From Cyanophora paradoxa CCMP329 (Eukaryota > Plantae > Glaucophyta): DNA of 64,000 bases. Positions 1 through 10,649 of this stretch are shown here, one piece after another. Location of the stretch: assembly GCA_004431415.1 (NCBI GenBank), contig QPMI01000563.1, positions 1 through 64,000 on the forward strand. Direction: 5' to 3'. Within the stretch, counting starts at the first letter, position 1, and each line of letters opens with the position of its first letter. The notes below the pieces were generated by a model. It saw only the letters and a list, made by a program, of their open reading frames with translations, searched no databases and had not been told where the DNA came from. Position numbers and translations under genes: made by a program.

Positions 1-2
1 TA

Positions 3-82
3 TTTTTAATAATTGCAGGCCTCGCTAGAAGCTCATGATCATAATTTTATAATTGCAGGCGTCGCTAGAAGCTCATAATTTT
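3..82. repeat. Two-copy ~40-bp tandem repeat
   Basis: ataattgcaggc(c/g)tcgctagaagctcat occurs at ~9 and ~49. Confidence 0.8.
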
Positions 83-209
83 ACAATGAACAACGTGGGG
101 CCATGTACATCGAATAGAAGATTAGGAAATTAAAAGGCTTCCATATTCATTTAAATCGAAAAGCCGATGCCATTTCTGATTAATAGAATCTTGCTTGAGC
201 TTTCGAGTG

Positions 210-1315
210 ATGGTTAGAAGCGAAGCGCAACGAGAAGCTGAGCCTGCTCGGGGGCGGATTGCTGGAAGCGAAGGGCGCTCGTTGAATTGGGGGCGGCAGG
301 AGGCGGCGGGGGAGGCGGAGGGTGCGGTGCGGGCCCTCCTCGAGCACCGCCGCCTCCCCGGCGCCGGCCTCGTGCGCCTCCCTCCTCCCGCACCCCGTAG
401 CACCCCCCGCCTTCCCCCGCCACACACACTGCGCGGCCCCCAAACAGTCCTCAAATGTCCTCTCTAGACGTACTTCGCCGCGGCGCCTCGATCTGACCGC
501 GCCGCCTGCGCCGCCCCGCCCTCGCGACGACTCATGCGGGCGGCGGCGGCGGGGGCCGGCAGCTGATCAACTGCGACCCGGTCGTCGGGCACGCCGTCCT
601 TCACGTGAGCTTCTTTTGAGCTCGTTCCTTCAGCCCAATAGAGCTCGTTGCTTTTAGAGGGTCGCGCCGCCTCTGAAGCTTGTGGCCCCGGGCGCTCGCG
701 CTCGGCACCCCTCCTCGCTGCCGACGGGGGCCTTCCGGGGGCGACCCCTCCCCGCAGCTCGTCGAGCTCTCCGCGTGGCGCTGCGGCTACGAGGCGGCCG
801 CCGCCGTGCGCCCCGGCCCCTCCCCTTCGGCTATCGACGCTGGGCGGGAAGGCGATGGGGAGCGGGCCCCGCGCCGGGGCTCCCTCACCGCGCTGCTCGA
901 GGGGGAGGGCCAGGGCGCCGCCTCGCCGGGCGCCGGGCGCGCCCCGGCGGCGCCGCCCACGCCGCCCGAGCGCCCGCGGACGGCGGCGCAGGCGCTGCGC
1001 GAGTGCGCGGGAGTGCTCTCGGCCGCCGCCGCGAACTACGTCGTCTTCGCGCCGGCCGCCGAGTGGGCGGCGGCCGTTGAGCTCGCCGTCGCTGCCCGCG
1101 GCGCGCGCTTCCCCTTCACGGCGCGCTGGCGACTCGCGTCAGCTGCAGGGCGGCTGCGGGCGGGGGCGCGGGCGGCGCGGCGCTGGGGCCTGCGGCGCTG
1201 GGAGGCGATGTGCGAGGCGGAGCTGGCGGAGCTGGCGCCGGACGAGCCGGAGCGACAGGCGAGCGCTGCTGCTGCCGCCGCCGCCCTCTGTGACACGTCG
1301 ACGTCACAGTACTAG
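210..1315 (+). CDS. Hypothetical spliced gene or gene fragment, Ala/Glu-rich helical
   Basis: Coding-like segments EAAGEAEGAVRALLEHRRLPGAGL (followed by a gtgcgc donor) and LVELSAWRCGYE...WEAMCEAELAEL ending at the TAG at 1315; start and exon chain uncertain, no family recognised. Confidence 0.4.
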
Positions 1316-2391
1316 TAGCATTATTATCACGTGCACACTGTGACATGCCGCAGCTGCAGAACTACTGCGCACTGTGCGCAGTGCATCCTGATCTGACAGC
1401 AGACAGTCGGACTGACATGTTCAACGGTTCTCACGGTTGGCCCAGTGGGAGCACAATGAGCACATGCGCATGCGCACATTGCGCTGCATATCATGATCAT
1501 TGATCATGATCAGCATCCGATGATCGCATTTTCCAAGTTTGCTGCTGCACAGCCGCGCACGGCATGCGCATGCGCAGCCGCAGAACTAGTTATGACACTT
1601 GTACGTATACTATATGTACGTTTCAGAGCTAAAATATTCAAGCTTTCAAAAACGAACGAAGCGAAGGGTTTCGATATGCCGCCGCATTATGCCGGCGCCA
1701 TGATGGCACGTTATGCACCAAACAAGAAATAGCTTTCAAGTTTAAACTTGAAACTTGAAGCTGATCATGAAGCATTAATTTGCAGATTGGCGAAAATTAA
1801 ACGTCAACGCCGGAAAGTCCCTCGAGGCCCAGAGTCGAGGGCCCGAGGCCCGGGGCCCCCGGCCCCCCGGGCCCGCGGCCGCCCCCCCCGACTCGAGGCC
1901 CCGAGTCGAGCTCGAGGGCCTCGACTTGCCGACGACGCCGAGTCGGCGAGTGACTCGGCCTCGAGCTCGAGTCGGGCGGGACTCGGGCCCGGGCCCTCGA
2001 GCTCCTCGTCGGCCCCTCGACTCGGCGAGTGACTCAGTGACTCACCACTTGCAAGTTACCCCTACCGGTACGCGGTACGGTAAATTAAATTAAACTTGAA
2101 AAGTTGAGAAAGTTGAAAAAACCACATGCACTTAACAGAAGTTACCAGAAGTTACTTATCGATTTAATTTATAATTAAGATAGGTTCTGAATGACTCGCA
2201 GCATGAGCTCGAGTGCTCAGTGACTGGTTAACGTTGCATACGTACACACAGCATATGCATGTATCAAAGAACAATAATGGCGAATTCTAAATGAACTGGC
2301 CAATGAACCGCCGGGCCTGCCTTCAGCTGCGCTGCCTGCGCTGCTGCGCAGCCTGCGCTCTAGCCTCTACTAGGCTAGACTAGCTCAGCGC

Positions 2392-2943
2392 TAGGGCTGG
2401 GCACAGTCCGACTTTTCCCCCACCGGGTCGGTGGGCCCGCTGACTGTTACCCACCGGTGGCGGTCGGTGGAGGTGGGGGTACGTGCTACAGTGCGTGAAA
2501 ATTGACAGGAAATACGCTAAATTCTGCACAGCTTCAAGGCGCTACGCGCCTACTCTGCACCGATCTGTTCCCAACTGTCTAAAGCAAGTGCTTTGGGGCG
2601 AGTTCAAGCCAGTTGTGGGGGAGGCCGGGGTGGTTGATGCTCAGGAGGGGTACGGGATATCGCGATCGATTGCGTCAGCTCCCTTGGGCTCCGTCGGATT
2701 GAAGAGCGCAGGAGCGCAGGAGAGCAGGAAGATGAACTAAGCAGGACTTTCCTGGCCTGGGTGCACGGAATATGTAACTTTCGCGCGCGAGAATATGAAA
2801 TTTTCGCGAGCATACCCCCCCTAGAATTTTTATTTGTATGGTACCGGGCGTTGTATGGCGGTGGGCCTGACTTTCCACCCGGTCGGTCGGTGGGAGGCCG
2901 CCACTGCCACCGGCCGCCAGTGCCCGCCACCGGCCCAGCTCTA
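2392..2943. mobile_element. hAT-type MITE, 552 bp
   Basis: Termini TAGGGCTGGGC ... GCCCAGCTCTA; exact 8-bp TSD CTCAGCGC at 2384-2391 and 2944-2951; subterminal CCACCG/CGGTGG motifs. Confidence 0.9.
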
Positions 2944-3002
2944 CTCAGCGCTACCGTGTATTATACGGGAACTTCGGAATTTACGGCGTGTACTGTATCA
3001 GT

Positions 3003-3233
3003 CTGTATGCGTAGTTAAATTGCCGTGGAGTTAAATTGCCGAATTCGCCCAAAACCGGAATTGCCGTGGCGATAAATTGCCAAATCCGGCCACTGCGGCC
3101 AGAAATCTGTTCTATGGCGGGCTAAGCAAATACATACCCCCTACGCAATTGCCGTGGTGCTATAAAATGCCGAATTCAGCCTCTCGGCAATTTACGGCAA
3201 TTTAAAACCACAGCAATTTAACTACTCCTACAG
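3003..3233. mobile_element. MITE with 39-bp imperfect TIRs (CTGTA...TACAG), probably Tc1/mariner-type
   Basis: ctgtatgcgtagttaaattgccgtggagttaaattgccg (3003-3041) versus the reverse complement of 3195-3233 (5 mismatches); repeated AATTGCC motif; TA on the right flank only. Confidence 0.75.
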
Positions 3234-3235
3234 TA

Positions 3236-3571
3236 CTACGGTAACACTTAAGTAATACCGGTATACTATGATAATGCGCGCACTAAAGTAATGCGGTCCC
3301 AAATTAATCCGTTTCACAGCTCGTTTTTTTTACCGGTCGACCCAACACGGTCAAAAACCGGTTAAAGTGAAATCGCTCCTCGGGTATTTGGAATTCCCCG
3401 GCGCAAGCTAGCGCATTCTACCCGCTAGCTTGCCGGCTACGTATACAACATGCTGTGCAGCGACTAGCCGTTCTGTGCCGGGTGAAAAGTTATCGCGATC
3501 GCCGGCTACCCTTGCCCATACAACGGGCGTGTCGAGTCGATTAGGAAAAAAAACGAGCTGTGTTTCCGTAG
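3236..3571. mobile_element. Degenerate MITE with an interrupted left TIR
   Basis: Right end reverse complement ctacggaaacacagctcgtttttttt matches ctacggtaacac (3236) plus cacagctcgtttttttt (3315), separated by ~65 bp. Confidence 0.55.
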
Positions 3572-3594
3572 CCAAATTGGCGCCGGCGCCTGCG

Positions 3595-4275
3595 CAGTGC
3601 TGTCATCATGATGCACACGGCCGTCGAGGCATCATGATGCGTCAATTATGATCCATCATGATCGATCATGACGTCTTCCCGCGATCAGAATCGTTTACCA
3701 GGGCATTTCCCACTCCTATTTCGATGCGCGGGCTCTCTGCCGCGTTTCTAATGCATCGCGACGTGTTTATGACTAATTCCTGACCAGTATGGATAGATAT
3801 TGGGCCCAGGGTTGGCCTGAAAGAGGCCCACACCCCCCTCTTCCCAAGATTTTGGAGGCAGAGGAGTGGTTGATCAACCTCCTTCAATGTCAAGATAGTG
3901 TGTTATGTGTTTTAAAAGCTGTGTTAAGCGTCTCTGCACCCATTCTCAAAGTGCGAATTGGTGCGATCTTGCATCGCCAGCGGCAGAGGATGGTGCTCCC
4001 TGTACCCCCCCACGGCGCCACAGCAGCCTTTCAGCATCGTCAGAATCGCTCCAAACCTCCTCTGACTAGCATATACGGTGTCTTTAAGCTGTATAGATCG
4101 CATAAAAGGTTGTTAAAACAGCGCAGGCGACCAGAAACACGAGATTTGTGCACTGTATAGGTACCCCCCCTCACATCATGATGACGATCATCATAATCCG
4201 AGGTCATCATGATGCGTTAATGACGTCCCATCATGATGGCGTGATCATGATGTGTGCATCATGATGACAGCACTG
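3595..4275. mobile_element. hAT-type MITE, 681 bp
   Basis: Perfect 24-bp TIR CAGTGCTGTCATCATGATGCACAC; exact 8-bp TSD CGCCTGCG at 3587-3594 and 4276-4283; subterminal CATCATGATG arrays. Confidence 0.93.
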
Positions 4276-4290
4276 CGCCTGCGCATGCTA

Positions 4291-4339
4291 TACTGTAGGA
4301 TGGCTTTTAAGCCGCGGCAATTTAAGCCATTCTACAGTA
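4291..4339. mobile_element. 49-bp hairpin mini-element with TA-CTGTAG...CTACAG-TA ends
   Basis: tactgtaggatggctt ... aagccattctacagta; same terminal motif as the 3003-3233 element. Confidence 0.6.
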
Positions 4340-4917
4340 AAGCAATTTAAAGTTAATCTGATTTCCCTAGCTGCTGAATCAATCGTCGATATCGAAGTTT
4401 CGCGCTGTGACGTCGACGCCGGTACTCAGTGTGAGTCAGTGACGCAGCTTGCGACTCACTCGAACTTAACTGACTCAAATTTCTCAAAGTTGCGAGCGCT
4501 CGCGAGCCTCGATCCTCGAGAGCTGCACAGTGCAGTTACCGTAGTACGTCCGGCGAGCCACTAGCAGGCCTAGCTATATATATATAGGGTTGTAGAATTC
4601 GAAATTTTAGTCAGCCAAAACGGGACCGCACAAATTAATGGACGCTCAGAAAAAAAGTCCGTCTGGGTACCGTGTGTTGCTGCTGCCCCGTGGGCATGCG
4701 CAAACGAAAAAACGCACAAATTACTTTTATCGAGCTCGAGCCTATAATCGAGGTCCGCGGGTTTATAAACGCACTATAACTTCGTGCGCACTAATATATA
4801 TTGGGCGGCCTGGCCGCGGCGGCGCCGTCGCCCGGCCGGGCCGCGGCGGCGGCCGGGCCGCGCGCGCGGGCCCGCGGCCGCGGCGGCCGGCGCCGGCCCG
4901 GCCGCGCGGCCCGCGGC

Positions 4918-5455
4918 CAGGGATGGGAAAATTTTTGGGGGTCCCCCGAGGGTCGTCCAAAACTTTTTGCAAAACTTTTTGCCTTGTATGTGAAATTTTT
5001 GCGAAAGTTTTAGAAAATTTTTGCCCTGAAAGAATCGAAACCATCGTCTAAAGTGCTTCAAATCGCGTTCAAACACGTCTAAAACATTGTTTAACTCATG
5101 TTTATCGATAGCAGGCTTGCGAGAGCTGCTATCTGCACATGAAATCCGCCTGCTCGTGTTTCAAGGCCAAGTACCCCCCTCCCCAACCGTTGAACAGGAG
5201 CCAGAATTCGAAGCTCAAGAACTCGCCTTCCACGCTCAGAATAGCCTCAGATTGCCTTCTATGTCGTTTATATCTTCATTTAACATCGCCTGAGCCGCCG
5301 CAAACGATATTTTTCGGAGGATGAGGGGGGGTGGGGTGCAAAAATCTTCCAAAAATTTTGGAGGGCCGAAACGCGTACGGGGACCAAAACTTTTCTGAAA
5401 AGTTTTGCAAAAAGTTTTGCATTCTTTTTCCAAAATTTTTGGGCGGCGAACCCTG
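4918..5455. mobile_element. hAT-type MITE, 538 bp, inserted in a near-pure GC tract
   Basis: CAGGG...CCCTG termini; exact 8-bp TSD CCCGCGGC at 4910-4917 and 5456-5463; subterminal AAAACTTTT/AAAATTTT motifs at both ends. Confidence 0.82.
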
Positions 5456-6752
5456 CCCGCGGCCCGCGGGGGCCGGACTCTCTCCGGAGCCAATGATGCC
5501 ATGATGGCCGCCATTGGCCGGGGCCGCCGGGCGGCCCGGCCCGGGCCCGGCCCATTGCCAAAGTTGATGGGCCGGCCGCCGCGCCCCGGCCCGCCGGCGC
5601 CGGGCCGGCGGCAGTGCCCAGCACTGGCCCGGCAGTACTAGACTACTACTGGTACTAGTGCCCGGCAGTGGGCCGGCGGCCCGGCGCCGCGCCGCCGGCA
5701 GTGGCCCGGCAGTGGGCCGCCGGGCCGGCACGGCCCGGCAGTGGCCCGGCAGGGCCGGCACTAGTACTGGCCTACCGTAGTACTAGGCTACTACACTCAG
5801 TGTCACTAGTACTCACTGAGTCATGAATCATGATCACTGGCAGTCAGTGCCAGTCACTGCGCATGCACTGCTGAGTCTGCGGCAGGCGCCGGCAGCCGCT
5901 GAGCTCGAGGCGGCTGAGCCTCGGAGGAGTCGGAGGCTCGGAGCTGTCAGCCGCTGAGCCTGGCACTGCGGCACTGCGGGCCTGCGGCAGACAGTGGCAG
6001 TCTGTGGCAGACTGGCAGTCTGTGACTGTCTGCATGCTGTGGGCCTGTGGCAGACTGTCACAGTGTGGCAGTGACTAAAGCAAGTTCAAAATTACCGTAC
6101 CAGCTACAGTACCCGGTGAGTCGGCGGTGACCGCGGCCGCCGCCTACCGGTATACTATGCCATGCTGATACTATGATACGTAGCAGTTAATCTTGCAGCC
6201 GCTGAGCCCGGCGCCGGCGGCCGAACTTCGCCGAGTCGGATCGGAATTCGAAGTTGCGCAGCATGCCAAGTTGCAAGTTGCAGGTCCGAGCCCGTTAGCT
6301 ATATACATCGATATCAGAACATCGATATCCCGCGGCCGGAGCCCCAGTGCAGGCAGTGCGAATTTGCAAGGCTTCGAACTCTGCTTCCGGCTCACTAAGT
6401 TACCTCACATTGGCGACGCGGCGACGACGGCCGCGGCAACAGTCCGACGGTCGCAGCAAAGACGGCCGCGGCTTACACGCAGCAGTGGAGAAGATATGCT
6501 CCGCGTTGCGACCAGCTGCGTAGAGAAGGATTCGAAAGAGCCCACGTTTTCTCCTAAGGTGCGGGATTCGCGCTGGCATATGCATATGCATCGGAGAAAA
6601 CTCCGGCGGCGGGTTTATGCCGCGTACGCCTATTGTTATCACAAACGTTTTAACAGCCGCTTTACTCGCGCCACATAAACAGCCGCGTATTAGCCTCTCG
6701 CGATCGTAGGCGTTGATCATGAGCGTGCTGCGCGTAAGCGTGTGAGCTGATT

Positions 6753-8619
6753 ATGACCGCGGTCGCTGCTCGCGCGCGCGCACAGACATCGCTTGCGTCC
6801 GACAGCCCGCGCTCCTGGACCTCGCTGGCGCCGGACAGCTCCGCCTTCGAGGACGTTTCCGTCCTCTTTGACGACGTCTTCACCGACGTCCCGTCGCCCG
6901 CCGCCTCCGCCTCCTCCCGCTCTTTCACGCCCCCGCCCCTCGCCCCCGAACCCGCCCGCCCAATGTACTCGCAAGCCTTCCCGGAGGGCGCGAACCCCAA
7001 CTTCCCAGCATTCCTCAGCGCCTACGGTCAGCCGCCAAATCCGCAGCAGCATTCCGAGCGCGGCCCTTGGATCCCCGCCCTCAGCAGCGCCCCCGGGCCC
7101 GCCGCTGCTTGCGCCGCCGGCGCCACCTCCTCCCGGGGACGGGCTGACCCCTCGGCCGCGGAGGTGTTCCCGGCCGGCCCCGCTTCCTTCCCCATGGGCC
7201 CCGGCGGCTGGCCATTCCACCCCCACTTCCTCAACGTCAACCCCGCGGCCGGCCATAGCCAGGGCCAGCAGCACGCATATGCCCGTGGCCAGGGGGACCT
7301 GCAGGTACACGCGGCGGCCGCTATGCTCTCCGGGGGGCCCGCGTCCGCATCCGGGCCCAGCAAGCACCCCGCGGCGTCGATCGCGGCTTCGCAGCAGTCG
7401 GGTCTCGCGCCGGCTGCTGAGCAGGAGCACGCGCACACGTTCGTGAAGCTCGCGACCTCCGCCGGCCAGGTGGTGCCGGCGCAGGTGGTGCCGTGGCCGG
7501 CGCACGCGCAGCTCCTCGAGCAGCGGGGCGTGCCCCTCGACTTCCGGCAGCAGCTCGCCGCGCAGCTCCACTTCCAGCACCAGCAGCTCGAGCACATGCA
7601 GCGGCAGCAGGCGGCGGCGGCCGCGGCGCAGGGGCGCGGGCACGCGCCGGTGAAGGCGGAGGCGCGGGGCCACGCGGACCGGATCGCGATCTCCTCTTCG
7701 AGCTCCGCCGGCCCTCTCGTCTTCGAGCTCCCCGTCGGCCCCGTAGAAGAGCTCTCCTGGCCGCCCCGCCCCGCCGGCCCCTCCTCCTCCTCCTCCTCCT
7801 CCGCCCTGGAGCCGTTACCCGTCCAGCACGCCCGCCGTCGCCGCGCCCCGCAGCCGCCCGCCCCGCCGGCGGGGGCGGGGGATGAGGGGGCGGAGGTGGA
7901 TGAAGGGGCGGAGGAGGAGGGGCGGCCGAGCGTGGGGTGGACGGCGGAGGAGCCGCGCAAGCTCCTCGCCCGCATGCGCCGCCACTTCAAGGTCCCCTCC
8001 GAGGAGGCCGTCAGGGCCATGGTGCGCCCCGCCGGCCCGCCCCGCCGCCCCCCTGCCCCCCTCGAATGCTGATGACCAGAATCGTGCAATGGCAGGGCCT
8101 GAGCGGGACGACGATGAAGCGCGTCTGCCGCCGCTGCGGGATCAAGCGCTGGCCCTTCCGCAAGTTCGACTCGCTGCGCCGCTGGGCCGCCGTGTGCGTC
8201 AGAGCTGACCGTGCGCGTGTGCGTTTCCCTCCGCGGCGGCTGATGGCGGGGCGGGGCGGGGGCAGGGTTCGGGGGCTCGCGCACCTGCAGCAGACGGAGC
8301 AGTGCCCGCCGATCGCCGGCTTCAGCGAGGAACACTACCTCGGCCTCATCGAGGGCCGCTCCCAGCAGATCATGGAGGACCCCAACACCTCCAGTGCGCC
8401 CCAGCCTCCAGACCTGAGACTATCTCTCACCCGCCGGCGCGCTGACGCTCGGGGCGCTGAGCAGTCGAGGACCTGGTGTGCCACCTCCGCAAGGAGCTCT
8501 TCAAGCGCGCACTCGGCGTCGCCGGCTCCGACGGGCCCTCCTCCGCCTCCAAGGCCGCCGGGCGCGAGAGCCAGCGCCGCATCGCCAAGGTGCCCAGCAT
8601 CGCGAGCCAGCTTGTGTAA
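6753..8619 (+). CDS. RWP-RK domain transcription factor (spliced)
   Basis: Spliced C-terminus RMRRHFKVPSEEAVRAM/GLSGTTMKRVCRRCGIKRWPFRK/VRGLAHL matches the RWP-RK consensus; long Pro/Ala/Gln-rich N-terminal exon; introns near 8022-8095, 8164-8265 and 8394-8464. Confidence 0.92.
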
Positions 8620-10649
8620 ATTCTTTTGCTTGCAATTGCTTTCCCCTGACTCGACATGCGCCGCGATCAGATTTTCGCCGACGCGGGCATCAAGACGGAC
8701 TGATACTTCGACTCAGTCATGCACATGTACAACTTTCATGACTCAAACTCCATTTAGCTTTATTAAACTACTTTATATAAGCAGCTAATATAACGTTGCG
8801 CGCTTCAAATTCATGCCACCGGGCCCCTCGATGTAGGTAGCTATAGCTATAGATCTAGAAGACAACCCAGCTAGCCCAACGCCACTTCCGCAGTTCGCTA
8901 TAGCTAATTTCACCAGGTGCATATATATGTATACCAAAGAACCTTCGAATTCACATAGGTATGAGTAAGAGCAAGCAGCAGTAGAGGCTGCAGCGTTAGA
9001 TTTCAATCAAGCTGACGATCAATCGTTACTGCGTGCGTGTGCCTGCTAGATAGGTCGCGTGAGAGTTTTCAGAGCAGTTCTTCCCCTTTATTCTAAGTTA
9101 CCCTATTTCTCTGTCACAGTTCTTTGATAAAACAATACGTCTCCGGAACTGTAGCTATAGTATTATGTATTCTCATTTGAACTTGCGCGCGTAGATTAAC
9201 AGAAAGCAGTCAGAGATCGGTAGATCTAGAGGTGTCACAGTGCTTTTTCGCGATTGACTAAGACAGTCCTATTTTAACTTCGTCCTTCGGTTTACTTTAG
9301 CTATTGGTATTCTAGTTCTAGGCAGTGAGCTCCAGATCCAGACGACGCAATCATTGAGATGCGCCGGCTATGTGGATGGGAGCATGCGCATGCACACAAC
9401 CGTGGAACCGTTATACAGCAGCTCCGTGTCGACACAGCTACCATTTTATCCCATTTATATATAACTATCGATCGCGATACATTTGTCACTCGATCTCTAA
9501 TTTCTGTACGTACGACTGCGTATACATATCGCCGTTCCAGCAATCGCCGATCAAGCCGCAGCGTCGTTGTGAAACATTATGGTATCATAGTATATATATG
9601 TTGAAAGCATACGGAATGATACATAATCATGAGTTGGCCCGCTATATATCGCGAATTCGAATGAGTTTAATTTTCGGTGGAAAAACGATGAACTTGCGAT
9701 TGCAATGGCCTCGTCTGCACACCCCTAGTTGACTAGATGCTGAGGCCGGTAATTCAAATAAAACAATTGCAATTGCCTCTGGAATTATCGACCTCGTTCA
9801 CGGAAGTTTTTTTGTCGTATTCTGCGAAGTTCAAAAAACCGATATCGATATCAAAGGAAACTCAATGTAACTCTTTGAGATGTCGCCTTCATATCGACCA
9901 GCGCCCTACGTCACTTCGGAAAAACGGAAACAGCAACAGGAAACTCATTACGATATCGGTCAGCGTCCTACGTCACTCGAGGAGACATTTAATCAAACGG
10001 AAACGGAAAAAATCCTCGGAGACGTCGACTCCTAGGCTCTCCGTATACACGATTGCGAATGAGGAAAACGAATTCGAAGAGGAGCTCGAGTAAGTGCTAA
10101 TGTTCAACGCGCCGGCGAGGATCTCGAAAGGGCATTTCGCAGAGCGGCAACTGTACATGTAAAATGTGAATTCGAACATAAAGACAGTTCTAGACCCAGA
10201 CCAATCCTCATGAGTGCGCACTGCGGCATGCCGCGCCGCGCCGCGGCGCCCTGGGCTTCAGGATCAGCGTGAGTGCCGCCCCCGTGCCGCCTCCGACGCG
10301 ATGCAGCGCGCCAACCGTGCCGCCTCGAGCTCCGACGCTTGACCGATAGGGCGAATTCGAACTCGACGTTCTCTATACTATGTTTATATAACTAGTACTA
10401 GCTATAGTAGCCTACTCAATGTCGCCCGCCGTAGACCACCGACGTTGCTAGGTAGCCGCTATAGCGCTATAGCTAGCTATATAGCGAATTTCACGTGTCA
10501 CGATCAAATCATTGAATGCATAAGATTGCGAAGTCACGGTTGCAATTGCTTGAAATCGCAGACAACTCTGCTTCTTCTGGGGCGGGACCGGAAGAGCGAG
10601 CAGACGCCGAGGAGCCTCGGAGATGTATCTCTGATCATGATCATGATTA

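Noticed and set aside
8620-10640. Short ORFs or an RNA gene in the AT-richer spacer
   Set aside because: No coding bias, splice pattern, tRNA/rRNA structure or TIR/TSD pair could be supported
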